A stretch of 64,000 bases of DNA from Candidatus Heimdallarchaeota archaeon (GTDB lineage Archaea > Asgardarchaeota > Heimdallarchaeia > Hodarchaeales > Hodarchaeaceae): NCBI GenBank assembly GCA_020353515.1, contig CP070695.1, forward strand, positions 1,207,537 to 1,271,536, given 5' to 3'. This document shows positions 27,680-37,335 of the stretch, one piece after another (position 1 is the first letter of the stretch; every line of letters begins with the position of its first letter). The position numbers and the translations under genes were made by a program. The notes under the pieces are model-generated. The model was not told where the DNA came from. It saw only the letters and a program-made list of their open reading frames with translations, and did no database searches.

Positions 27680-28609
27680 ATGGTTGAAAGTATGAATTTA
27701 TTAGAAGAAATAAAATCACCTTTTTTTGGAACCACGATTGATGATTTGGATGAAGCGAATTTAATTGTCCTTGGAATTCCTTGGGATGCTTCATCTTCTT
27801 ATAGGAAGGGTTCTGTAGCAGCACCTAAAATAATCCGTCAAGCAACCTCGGGGGAATTGTATAACCCTTATACTGAAAATAATGTTAATATAAGAGACAA
27901 ATGGCTGATATTTGATGCTGGAGATGTTGAAATCTCTTCAAATGATGCGATGAACTCTCGAAAAGAAGTCTTGACCACGTTAACACAAATGTATGATGCA
28001 AAAGAGAATCCACGATTTCTTTTTCTTGGAGGAGATCATCTAATAACTTATTTTAGCTTTTATTCCCTGACGGAATTAGGATTTTTTCCTGGAAGCAAAA
28101 GTGGAATTATTTATTTAGATGCTCATCCAGATTTATATTATCAATACAAGGGGAATATTTATTCCCACGCGTGTGTATTACGTAGGATTATTGACCAAAC
28201 TAAAATTTATCCAAAAAACATCATTCAAATTGGAATTCGTGCTAGTACAAAAGAACAGAGAGAATTTGCCATCAACGCAGGAATAAAAACAATATACAAA
28301 AACGAATTTCTCAAAGAGGAACCTAGAGAAGTAGCTAATATAATCGAAGAGAATTTTGTAGGCACAGTTGACCATATCTACTTATCTATTGACCTAGATA
28401 TTCTCGATCCTGCATATGCTCCAGGTTTAGGGAATCCAGAACCTGGGGGATTAACCACTCGAGAATTAGTGGGTTTTATTCAAGAATTGGCAAATTTACC
28501 TATTCTTACTTTTGATGTTGTAGAGCTATCCCCTGCATATGATCAATCCAATATTACTGCTTTTGCTGCAGCAAAAGTGATTAAGGAAACCCTCGGAATA
28601 TTAAATTAG
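27680..28609 (+). CDS. speB: Agmatinase (ureohydrolase family)
   Basis: GGDH, DAHPD, SIDLDILDP, PEPGG and VELSP motifs. Confidence 0.88.
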   Translation: MVESMNLLEEIKSPFFGTTIDDLDEANLIVLGIPWDASSSYRKGSVAAPKIIRQATSGELYNPYTENNVNIRDKWLIFDAGDVEISSNDAMNSRKEVLTTLTQMYDAKENPRFLFLGGDHLITYFSFYSLTELGFFPGSKSGIIYLDAHPDLYYQYKGNIYSHACVLRRIIDQTKIYPKNIIQIGIRASTKEQREFAINAGIKTIYKNEFLKEEPREVANIIEENFVGTVDHIYLSIDLDILDPAYAPGLGNPEPGGLTTRELVGFIQELANLPILTFDVVELSPAYDQSNITAFAAAKVIKETLGILN

Positions 28610-28737
28610 AAAATTAATGCGATTTATTAAAATGAAGAGATAAACTCTCCATATTTCAGTTGCTTTTCTCACACAATAATAGTTAAAAATTCAACTTAAC
28701 TATTGTAAATCAAACTCATTATCCGGTTTAACGGTTA

Positions 28738-30006
28738 ATGATTGATGGTGGTTATTTTTTGAAAGTCTATCTTGACAATAATGCTTCAACGCGCGTTGAT
28801 CCATCTGTTATTGAATCCATGATGCCTTTTTTTACAGAAATAACAAGTCCACCCAGTTCTGATTATGGCCATTCTTTCGGAGTTGAAGCAAAGCAGGCTC
28901 TTGATTCAGCACGAGAGATCATTGCCACCAAAATCAATGTCGATCCATCAGAAATTGTGTTCACTTCAGGCCAGGCCGAATCAAATAATTTTGCTATCAA
29001 AGGTATAGCTTTCATGAATATCAAAAGTGATTCAAAAACTATTATAGCTTCAAGTGTATCTCATTCGACTATATTAGACAGTTTAAAATCTTTAAAAAAA
29101 TTGGGTTTCAATACTAAACTGATAGATGTTGACTCAGAAGGTTTTATTGACCGTGATCAGTTACGAAAACTTCTAAGTGAAGTAGATGATCTCCCTCTTT
29201 TAGTTTCAATTCCACATGGGAATGTTGAAATTGGTACGGTTGAAGATATTGAGGAAATTGCCTCCATTTGCCATGAATACAATGTCCCAATTCATATTGA
29301 AGCAAGTTATAGTTTCTGTAAAATACCATTTGATGCCTCGATTGTTGATATGGCTACGATCACAAGTCACCTAATTCATGGTCCTAAAGGAGTTGGAGCC
29401 CTTTATCTCAAAAAAGGGATAAAAACTCAAAGAATTATCGATGGGGGCTTGCAAGAAAATAAAAAGAGAGGTGGGACTGAAAATCTTCCAGGGATTGTTG
29501 GTTTCGCAAAAGCAGTAGAGCTTTATACACCAGAAATCAATGAAAAAGTAAAAGAATTACGTAATTATCTGTGGCAAACATTTGAGAATAAAATCAGTGA
29601 CTTCAAGATAACTGGGCCCCTAAATAAAGACAAACGATTGCCTAATCATTATTCAGTTGTAATAAATTATGTTGAGGGAGAATCGATTTTGTTACATTTA
29701 GATATGTTGGATTTTATGATCGCAACAGGATCTGCCTGTTCATCGAAACAACTGAAAGCAAGTCACGTCCTTTCAGCTATTGGATTACCAACTGAGATTA
29801 GTCATGGTAGTGTTAGAATAGGATTAAGCAAGTATAACACTGAGGAAGAAATTGATCAATTTGTTGGGCACTTGGCTGGTATTGTTGAAAGATTAAGAGC
29901 AATTAGCCCAATGAATGCTGATTTTATGAGGGAATGGCAAGAAATGAAAGATAAAGGAGCAATAGAAGATCACCATCACGATTTTGATGATCTGGAGGAT
30001 GACTAA
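28738..30006 (+). CDS. iscS: IscS/NifS-family protein lacking the PLP-binding lysine
   Basis: YLDNNAST, FTSG..ESNN, GPKGVGALY, GTENLP, TGSACSS and SHVLSAIG motifs; SHL in place of SxHK. Confidence 0.9.
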   Translation: MIDGGYFLKVYLDNNASTRVDPSVIESMMPFFTEITSPPSSDYGHSFGVEAKQALDSAREIIATKINVDPSEIVFTSGQAESNNFAIKGIAFMNIKSDSKTIIASSVSHSTILDSLKSLKKLGFNTKLIDVDSEGFIDRDQLRKLLSEVDDLPLLVSIPHGNVEIGTVEDIEEIASICHEYNVPIHIEASYSFCKIPFDASIVDMATITSHLIHGPKGVGALYLKKGIKTQRIIDGGLQENKKRGGTENLPGIVGFAKAVELYTPEINEKVKELRNYLWQTFENKISDFKITGPLNKDKRLPNHYSVVINYVEGESILLHLDMLDFMIATGSACSSKQLKASHVLSAIGLPTEISHGSVRIGLSKYNTEEEIDQFVGHLAGIVERLRAISPMNADFMREWQEMKDKGAIEDHHHDFDDLEDD

Positions 30007-30007
30007 A

Positions 30008-30415
30008 ATGGCTCATATATACTCTGAAGAAGTTATGAAGTTATTTACAGACCCTAAAAACATGGGAGAGATTGAGAACCCCAGTGGACTTGGGAAAGTA
30101 GGAAACCCCGTCTGTGGCGATGTAATGTGGATTTATATCAAGGTCAATAATGAGACTGATGTGATTCAAGATATCAAGGTTAAAACCTTCGGATGTGTCG
30201 CAGCGATTGCTACAAGTTCAAAAACGACAGAACTAGCAAAGAATAAAACGATCAAAGAGGCGTATCAGATCACAAAAAAGCAGGTTGCTGATGATTTAGG
30301 AGGCCTTCCTAAACAGAAAATGCACTGTTCAAATTTAGCTGTTGATGCTCTTCAAAGAGCAATAGTAGATTACCTTAAGAAGAATGGACGATCAATTGAA
30401 GAATTAGAAGGATAA
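30008..30415 (+). CDS. iscU: Fe-S cluster scaffold IscU/NifU-N
   Basis: GNPVCGD, FGC.AAIA and KMHCSNLA. Start moved to ATG 30008, 1 nt after the iscS stop. Confidence 0.95.
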   Translation: MAHIYSEEVMKLFTDPKNMGEIENPSGLGKVGNPVCGDVMWIYIKVNNETDVIQDIKVKTFGCVAAIATSSKTTELAKNKTIKEAYQITKKQVADDLGGLPKQKMHCSNLAVDALQRAIVDYLKKNGRSIEELEG

Positions 30416-30426
30416 AAGTTAATAAG

Positions 30427-30675
30427 ATGAAAAAAGATAATTCAGACTTCGTTGTCGATATTACTGGCTTAACTTGCCCAATTCCATTGATAAAAGCTCG
30501 AAGAGCAATAAAAAACGCCACTGAAGGTCAAACAATAAAATTTATTGGAACAAGCGAGGAGGAAGTTTCACGAAAAGAAATTCTTATTGCAGTAACAAAT
30601 CTTAAACAACCTTTAATAGAAAATATTGACTATACTGAAGAGGACAGATGGCATATTTTGATTAAAAAAAATTAG
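30427..30675 (+). CDS. tusA: TusA/SirA-family sulfur carrier
   Basis: VDITGLTCPIP (CPxP motif), 82 aa. Confidence 0.85.
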   Translation: MKKDNSDFVVDITGLTCPIPLIKARRAIKNATEGQTIKFIGTSEEEVSRKEILIAVTNLKQPLIENIDYTEEDRWHILIKKN

Positions 30676-30755
30676 ATAGATCTGAATCGATAAAATAATT
30701 CTTTTAGATTACCCTATAGCTAAAAAAGAAGAATGGAACCCCCTGTCTATTGACA

Positions 30756-31592
30756 TTAAACACTAAAGGGGAGGATTTGAAGAAAACCCGTTAAGGGATT
30801 CCCTAATAGAATGTCGATGATGAATAGTGTGATCAAAGTAGACGCAGGGATTAACAAATTATCCAGATCGGAGGGTGATAACGCTTCCACAACCATTGCA
30901 ACCACTCCGAGGATTACAATAACAATTACAATCATTCTTGCATCCACGTTATCTCCTGGATTAGCAAGAATCACAGAATTCGTTCCAAAATCAATCCCAC
31001 CAATAATTCCAAGAAGAACATAGAAAATCAAACAACCGACAACACTAAACAGCAATACTCCAATAGAACCCTCAATAGTTTTTTCTCTGCCAAGGGTTTT
31101 GAATTTTCGTTTTCCCCATCTCTTTCCTATGTATGGAGCGATACCATCACCCCAACCCACAATGGCCATCATCAACATACCTGCATAGGTTCCATATAGA
31201 ATAGTACCTGCTACCATCATGACGATAGTGAAATATAGCGGTCCTTTAAGTAACTCTCGGGGATCTCCAGTTCTTGTCATCGTTTTAACATCTTTGTCAT
31301 CTGGAGAACCTCTAGTACCTTTAAGAAGGAAGGTTAGAAAGAACAATAACGGTACAACGATGTTTAACATATATGTAAGCTTATCCGAGGTATCCATAAA
31401 TAACCAAATCCAAATAAAGGAACCAGCAGCGATATGGATTACTTTTCTAGATAGATCAGAAGACAATGTACCACTATTAACCAATCTTTCCATGAGTAAA
31501 ATTATTCCTTGGATATAAATCATAGCAACGATTGCTCCGAGGATAAAATTCCATACAAGCGGTAAATCTGGTAAAAGAGTAATATATCCCAT
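30756..31592 (-). CDS. CTP-dependent polyprenol (phytol/farnesol/dolichol) kinase family membrane protein
   Basis: RKVIHI, GPLYF, GWGDGIA, KTIEGS and VEALSP..DNL motifs; multiple TM segments. Confidence 0.85.
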   Translation of the reverse strand: MGYITLLPDLPLVWNFILGAIVAMIYIQGIILLMERLVNSGTLSSDLSRKVIHIAAGSFIWIWLFMDTSDKLTYMLNIVVPLLFFLTFLLKGTRGSPDDKDVKTMTRTGDPRELLKGPLYFTIVMMVAGTILYGTYAGMLMMAIVGWGDGIAPYIGKRWGKRKFKTLGREKTIEGSIGVLLFSVVGCLIFYVLLGIIGGIDFGTNSVILANPGDNVDARMIVIVIVILGVVAMVVEALSPSDLDNLLIPASTLITLFIIDILLGNPLTGFLQILPFSV

Positions 31593-31670
31593 TTCATTTT
31601 TCTCCTAGAGCATTCGACTAACGATGTAGAAAGAAATGATGCTCTTAAATCCTTCTACCATCATTTTTAC

Positions 31671-32085
31671 GGACTAGTTCTTCGGTCGAACACTACTAGA
31701 GTTAAGTTTGATCTTTTTCTTAAAAATTTTTTTCATCCTCATTTGTTCCACCCGAGTGCATTAATTTGATCAGAGAGGATCAAAAAACTACATCTATAGA
31801 GCCAATATTCAGGAAGATAAAACATACATCATGTCTTTGCCAATCTCGAGTTGATTTCTCCTCTCTTTCGACACATGTTTCCTCTCTGAGGGGTCACTTT
31901 TTGGAGACTATGGAATCATTGGTTTTTCTATTCCTTCCCGCTCAACCCACTATTTGAGTCTATCTTTTTTGATATATACCCTCCTTCCTTTTCCATTGAA
32001 GAATACTTTGAAAATACCCTTGACTAGGAATATAAAGGCTTCTTATTGCTATTTTTAACAGAATGACCTTAAGGGACTAGTTCTT
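31671..32085. repeat. 12-bp direct repeat GGACTAGTTCTT (31671-31682 and 32074-32085) flanking a 391-bp gene-poor segment; possible decayed IS
   Basis: The exact repeat is read directly; an internal short ORF contains IEPIFRKIKH. The IS interpretation is inference. Confidence 0.4.
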
Positions 32086-32171
32086 GAAAATTAATGACAA
32101 ATAACAAAGAATTATATTCCAATGAGATGTATAAAAGAGTTTACAGGAGATTTCGTTGCTATAAGGACTAA

Positions 32172-32873
32172 TTAACTAATCTTTTGAAGCATTTTCATTT
32201 CATCGATAAATTTTTTCGTTTCTAGAACAGTTAAATCGTACCAATCTTTGTACGCATCGGCTACTGCGAATGGGTATCGATCTCGGATATTTAAGCAGAT
32301 TATTTTATCAACATGGGGTTCTAAATGACTAATCGAGCTTACTGGTGCCGTTGGAACCGCAATTAATACTTCCTCCGCTCCAAGCTTCTTCAACCATTTC
32401 GCCCCAGCTAGCATAGAAAAACCAGAAGCGATCCCATCATCCGTTATTAATACATTCTTACCATATACTTTGGGAGAAGGTGGTAGTTGAAAGCTACGTC
32501 TTCGTTTTTCTACTTCATGTTTTGTTCTCTCTATTTGGGTTTCTAACTGATAACTGGTCACAGAGATACGACTAACCAGTTGCTCATTCAAAAAAATTTG
32601 GCCGTCGGGAGTAATAGCTCCCATACCAGCCTCTGTACTTCCTGGAATCTGAATTTTGCGTACTATTAACAGATCAAATGGTTTCAGCGGAGAAACTAAT
32701 GGAAACTCAAGCAACCCTAGCCCAACTGGAACACCACCATTTGGGATGATATAAAGGACGTCAAAATCCTCTAAAGCGACAAATGATCCAAGTAAAAAAC
32801 CCGCACGTCTTCTAGAATCAAAGATATAATATTTATTATGTAGATTCTTGTCCTCAATTATCATTTCTTTCAT
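32172..32873 (-). CDS. Type I phosphoribosyltransferase-family protein
   Basis: IPNGGVPVG, VRKI..P and PRPP-binding loop LITDDGIASG. Confidence 0.88.
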   Translation of the reverse strand: MKEMIIEDKNLHNKYYIFDSRRRAGFLLGSFVALEDFDVLYIIPNGGVPVGLGLLEFPLVSPLKPFDLLIVRKIQIPGSTEAGMGAITPDGQIFLNEQLVSRISVTSYQLETQIERTKHEVEKRRRSFQLPPSPKVYGKNVLITDDGIASGFSMLAGAKWLKKLGAEEVLIAVPTAPVSSISHLEPHVDKIICLNIRDRYPFAVADAYKDWYDLTVLETKKFIDEMKMLQKIS

Positions 32874-33886
32874 TCCATGAGAATAATCCTTTCTTGGGGG
32901 CGTCCCTTACCTTTAGAGACTTTCTTGATTTGAATTTGGTTATTTTCTTCCAGAACTGTTAAAGTGGTATTCAGGTTCTTCCCACTTATTTGAAGAAGCT
33001 CAGCTAATTCTTGTTTTGAGATGTTCCTTTTTTCAGAAATAATATTTGTTATTCTTGTTTCAATGGACTTATTCACCCGCTGTTCTTTGAGAAGCTCGCG
33101 AGCATCATGAAAAGCACGTTTACGAATTTGATTCTTGATGTTTTCAACAACGTTAAAGTCTAAAAAAGAACTGAGAATCCATTCACTACCCTGCGGATTA
33201 TATTCAATGGATATAAACCTTTTCCGATCAAGGAGGATGTTTCCAGAATGAAAGATTTGATTATCAACACTGACATACTGTTGGGTCGAAGAATCAACAG
33301 CAAAGGTCTTAATACTTTCGTCCAAATCTGAAACAATTTCTAGATCAGTTTCATATAAATAAATTCCAATCCATACATTTTTACGAACTAATTGATTAAA
33401 AATTTTAATATATTGAGACAGTATACGCTTAGGAATCAAATTAACAAGAATTTCTGATTGAGCTGATGATAGGTGTTCCGAAAGGAATGCCGAGGCTAGA
33501 GTAGTATCATGAAAGTAATAGAAGCTTATTTGACGTTTACAGGAACCTTTAATAAATTGATTTAGATATGCAGTCTGAGCTTTATCCAATTCAGTCCGAA
33601 TTGAACGAATTTCTTCATTTCTTCTTTCAATTTGACTCTCTGCGACCTGTGATAAAGTATAGGCTGGATTTTGGACGGAAAAAAGCTTTGGGTATTCATC
33701 TTGAAAGGTTTCAATCAAATTATATTTTTCTAACTGCTTTAAAGCTGCATAAACACCTTTGGATGGAATATTGAGGGTTTCAGAAATGTTCTTCGCCGAT
33801 AATCTTCCAACATTGTTGAGAAGATAATTATAAATTTTATTACTACTTGAATCAAATCCGTAAGCTTCTAAATTTACAGTCATCAT
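32870..33886 (-). CDS. TrmB-family transcriptional regulator with an additional C-terminal winged HTH
   Basis: N-terminal HTH (ISETLNIPSKGVYAALKQL..PKLF); effector-like middle domain; C-terminal ISKQELAELL..GKGRP; 4-nt overlap with the PRT gene. Confidence 0.75.
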   Translation of the reverse strand: MMTVNLEAYGFDSSSNKIYNYLLNNVGRLSAKNISETLNIPSKGVYAALKQLEKYNLIETFQDEYPKLFSVQNPAYTLSQVAESQIERRNEEIRSIRTELDKAQTAYLNQFIKGSCKRQISFYYFHDTTLASAFLSEHLSSAQSEILVNLIPKRILSQYIKIFNQLVRKNVWIGIYLYETDLEIVSDLDESIKTFAVDSSTQQYVSVDNQIFHSGNILLDRKRFISIEYNPQGSEWILSSFLDFNVVENIKNQIRKRAFHDARELLKEQRVNKSIETRITNIISEKRNISKQELAELLQISGKNLNTTLTVLEENNQIQIKKVSKGKGRPQERIILME

Positions 33887-33919
33887 TGGTTAAAAAACCC
33901 AAGCATCTTTTATTTCATA

Positions 33920-33958
33920 TCTGACTTAACTTTTTCACTGTCTGAAAAACTTGTCAGA
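33920..33958. promoter_or_regulatory. Imperfect palindrome, candidate operator between the TrmB-like gene and the divergent genes
   Basis: TCTGAC-ttaac-TTTTTCA-ctgtc-TGAAAAA-ctt-GTCAGA within a 74-bp divergent intergenic region. Confidence 0.5.
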
Positions 33959-33960
33959 AA

Positions 33961-34179
33961 ATGGTTATATATCCCAGCTCAAATGAAACACCTGTATTTC
34001 AAACAACAAAGGTGAAAAGTGAATGGCAGAATGTCGTGAATGTAAATTTTGGAATCCAATCGAGGGAGAAGAAGATATGGGAGACTGTTTTGGCCACAGA
34101 GTCCCTGGTAATACCCCAAGTGACGCATGCCCAACTAACAGCTTTCAACCACGCAATTAAAGAAAAATTGATCGGATAG
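33961..34179 (+). CDS. Small hypothetical protein
   Basis: 72-aa ATG ORF filling the gap; ends 8 nt before the next gene. Confidence 0.55.
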   Translation: MVIYPSSNETPVFQTTKVKSEWQNVVNVNFGIQSREKKIWETVLATESLVIPQVTHAQLTAFNHAIKEKLIG

Positions 34180-34187
34180 AATGTAGT

Positions 34188-34625
34188 ATGGAATTAAAAC
34201 CAAAAAAAATTCTTATACCCCTGATCTTAGGACTTGTGATTTGGATAATAGCCTTCTTTGTTATTGGTTGGACTCAAATAAGTGAAGACCCAGCGATACA
34301 AGCCCTCTATATTCCAATGGTTATTCTATTTGGATTAGGAACTATAATTCTAGTGATTGTCTTCTTATTCTGGTACTTGCCTTATCTAGGTATCGATCTC
34401 GAACAAGCATGGCTCGAAGAAAGCTTATTCTTCGGAATAATAATTATGTGTATGCAATTTATCTTAGACATCATAGTTTTCACATTAATGCAAGTAGATC
34501 TGTTGATATACTTCTTTGGGCTATTCCTAGGGAACCCTGACGGATCCACGGTTATAATCATGTATCCATTGATTCTTGTTTGGGCCATTCTTGGTGGATT
34601 TGTTACCATGAGGATAAAAACTTAA
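34188..34625 (+). CDS. Hypothetical membrane protein (about 4 TM)
   Basis: Hydrophobic segments; followed by a T7 run at 34638-34644. Confidence 0.75.
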   Translation: MELKPKKILIPLILGLVIWIIAFFVIGWTQISEDPAIQALYIPMVILFGLGTIILVIVFLFWYLPYLGIDLEQAWLEESLFFGIIIMCMQFILDIIVFTLMQVDLLIYFFGLFLGNPDGSTVIIMYPLILVWAILGGFVTMRIKT

Positions 34626-34682
34626 TTTTCTCTCCCCTTTTTTTGAAAAACATAAGAACAAATGTGATTTGCTATTAAGAAT

Positions 34683-35132
34683 TTATACTACGTCTAACCA
34701 ACCTAGAAAGCGATCAGTATAATCACGATTGAGTTGAACAAATTCTTCATCAAAAATAGGATGAAAACCTTCATATTCCTCCATATCGATACTAATTCTT
34801 TGCAATTCATCTTTCCAATTCATTAATTTCGCATTGATGTTAGATAAGGCTTTTTGAATTGGTTTAGGATCGCCTCTTCCATCACAAATAGCATATAAAA
34901 GGATATTTTCGGTAGACCAACTGATCTTTTCAAGACACGCCATGTACTTCTCCATTTTCAGCAGTGTGGGGATATCTTTGAACGTCGAAGCTGTGAACTG
35001 TTGAATTGCTGATAGAAATCCACCCACAAGAATAGGACTGGTTTTCAATTCGTCTGACTCGAAATATTGTCTTCTAAGAAGTGGTAAGCCATTGTTGATT
35101 AAGCCTGCTTCATATATTAAGATTTTTGACAT
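34683..35132 (-). CDS. Longin-like domain protein (Asgard type)
   Basis: GLPLLRRQY..PILVGGFLSAIQQF pattern, then beta strands and C-terminal helices. Confidence 0.6.
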   Translation of the reverse strand: MSKILIYEAGLINNGLPLLRRQYFESDELKTSPILVGGFLSAIQQFTASTFKDIPTLLKMEKYMACLEKISWSTENILLYAICDGRGDPKPIQKALSNINAKLMNWKDELQRISIDMEEYEGFHPIFDEEFVQLNRDYTDRFLGWLDVV

Positions 35133-35228
35133 TTGTCGAGCGCTCAGATAGCATCTATTTCTAGATTAAATAAGTATCTGTATCTTCTTCCGTAATCAAA
35201 TAACACTTTCTAAATAGCGAATCATAAT

Positions 35229-35756
35229 TTATTTTTTGATAACTTCCCCTATAAAACGATATTCACGGGGCCAATACAAAATTGCTTGAGAACGATCATA
35301 AGAATCTTGTTGATAAGCTGCTACAATTTCCCCTATGAACCAAGTGTGAGAACTACCCTGTAATTCGACTTTATGAACCACTTTACATTCCAAATTTACT
35401 GGACATTCTTCAATGAGATATGAAGAGATTTTTTTAGCTGTTTTAGGTGTCAGATTTGCCGCCTCAAATTTATTGACCTCCCATCCTGATTTTGATCCAC
35501 AGATCTTGATTGCTTCAAGAAGTTCGATTGTGGGGATGTTAATCGAATAATCATCTGTCTCTTTGAGCAGTTCGTAAGTGTATCGGGTAGGTACGATTCC
35601 AACCATGACCATTGGTGGATTTTCTTGTCTGTCCCCAAAAGAGAAAAAACTCACGGCTGCAACTGTTATTATATTGTCTTTTACACACACTAGTACAATT
35701 GGAAATCCTGGAAATGCCATTATTCCCTGCTGGATAGTAATTTCCTTTTTTGTCAT
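35229..35756 (-). CDS. Flavin reductase-like (flavoredoxin) protein
   Basis: PPMVMVGI, SINIP, GSKSG..VNKF, ECPVNLECKV and HTWFIGEI motifs. Confidence 0.9.
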   Translation of the reverse strand: MTKKEITIQQGIMAFPGFPIVLVCVKDNIITVAAVSFFSFGDRQENPPMVMVGIVPTRYTYELLKETDDYSINIPTIELLEAIKICGSKSGWEVNKFEAANLTPKTAKKISSYLIEECPVNLECKVVHKVELQGSSHTWFIGEIVAAYQQDSYDRSQAILYWPREYRFIGEVIKK

Positions 35757-35771
35757 TTGTCACCGAATCCT

Positions 35772-37277
35772 TTACACCAAGCTGTATAACTCAGAATATT
35801 TTTCCTTTAGATATTTAATGAAATATTTTACTGTGAGTGGTTCCCCTGTTATATTCTCAAGTAAATCTAAAGAATCAAACAGAGCTCCTTTTTGATGAAT
35901 ATTATGGGCTAGCCATTCTCTAATTAACGAGAAATTTCCGTTTTGTAACGACTCTCTCCAAGTCGGACGATCTATTGTTAATGCTGTTGTAATTTGAGAA
36001 GCCATAATGTCTCCTATTCCATACCCATAGAAATACCCCCAATATCGCGAAAACCAATGTAAATCTTGCATCACTCCTAATGTGTCCGAAGGAACTTCAA
36101 CACCAAGATATTCGGCATATTTTTCATTCCAGATGTGAGGAAGATCCATTACTTCAATTAAACCTGCAAATAGATCATATTCAATCTCAAAACGAATTAT
36201 AATATGAAGACAATAGGTCAATTCATCCGCACCCAGCCTACTAACTCCTGGTTTCACTGAATTGATAGTAAAATAGAATTCATTGAGAGAGATATCATCA
36301 AACACTCCATTCGTTAATTTTTGGAAGTGGGGGTAGTAAAATGTCCAAAACTCTCTTGACATTCCAATAATATTCTGTAGAAAACGACTTTGACTCTCCC
36401 CAAAGCTAGGAGAACTTCTAAGGTTAATCGGTTGGCCCCTCCACTCTCTTTTTCGTTGTAAAGCATCTAATGCATGTCCACATTCATGTATAGCTGCAGA
36501 CACAACTGGCATAATCTGATCCTGATACTTGACAGTTATCCTAATATCATCAGGCCCACAACCGATTGTTAATGGATGCTCAACCTCATCAATACTTCCC
36601 GTGTTTAAGTTATATTCCAGAAACCTCGCAATATCTTTTACGAGCTCTTTTTGATTCGTTATGGGAACTAGGCGAGAAAGAATGCTGGTATCGGGTTGTA
36701 CTGGTGAATCACAACATTTTTTTATGAAAGGAACTAAAAATGATTTCGTCTCATCAAATATCTTAGATAGCTTTTTTACTGAGAAACCATAATCCCGATT
36801 GTTGATTAATGCTTCATAAGGGTCATCAAGTCCTTTGGATCTGGCTAATAACTCAGCACGTTTCATATTTAGATCAAAAAGCTTTTTTAGATCAGGTACC
36901 ACGCTCTGAAAACTGTTTTTGGCTTTAGCTCTCTTCCATACTTCTAAAGTTTTATTAGATTGAGATGCTAAAGCTCCTACTAGCTCCGAAGGGAGAACCG
37001 TCTTGTTTTCATACTCTCTCCTCAAAAGTTCTATATTTCTCTTTTGAACATCATTGAGCTCTTGGTCTGCCTCACTTTGTTTAATTAAAGATCCAAACTC
37101 AGGGTTTGTCCAACGCTTGTGAATAAATTGCTGTAACCAATTGAATTGTTTTGTTCGAAAATTTAATGCGTTTTTGGGCATGTAAGTGTTTAAATCCCAA
37201 TATAATACACCTCTGAGAGTACCGAGTAGGTAGATTTCACCATATTTTTCAAGTAAAACTTCATAGCTGGTTTTCAT
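35772..37277 (-). CDS. Carboxypeptidase M32 (Taq/Pfu type)
   Basis: HPLT, DIRIT, HECGH, ESQSRF, ADELTY.LHIIIRFEIE and QDLHW motifs. Confidence 0.93.
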   Translation of the reverse strand: MKTSYEVLLEKYGEIYLLGTLRGVLYWDLNTYMPKNALNFRTKQFNWLQQFIHKRWTNPEFGSLIKQSEADQELNDVQKRNIELLRREYENKTVLPSELVGALASQSNKTLEVWKRAKAKNSFQSVVPDLKKLFDLNMKRAELLARSKGLDDPYEALINNRDYGFSVKKLSKIFDETKSFLVPFIKKCCDSPVQPDTSILSRLVPITNQKELVKDIARFLEYNLNTGSIDEVEHPLTIGCGPDDIRITVKYQDQIMPVVSAAIHECGHALDALQRKREWRGQPINLRSSPSFGESQSRFLQNIIGMSREFWTFYYPHFQKLTNGVFDDISLNEFYFTINSVKPGVSRLGADELTYCLHIIIRFEIEYDLFAGLIEVMDLPHIWNEKYAEYLGVEVPSDTLGVMQDLHWFSRYWGYFYGYGIGDIMASQITTALTIDRPTWRESLQNGNFSLIREWLAHNIHQKGALFDSLDLLENITGEPLTVKYFIKYLKEKYSELYSLV

Positions 37278-37335
37278 TAAATCCCAACCATTCTCATTTA
37301 TGATTTGAACCTTTTTTTAATTTTTGAAAAATAGT

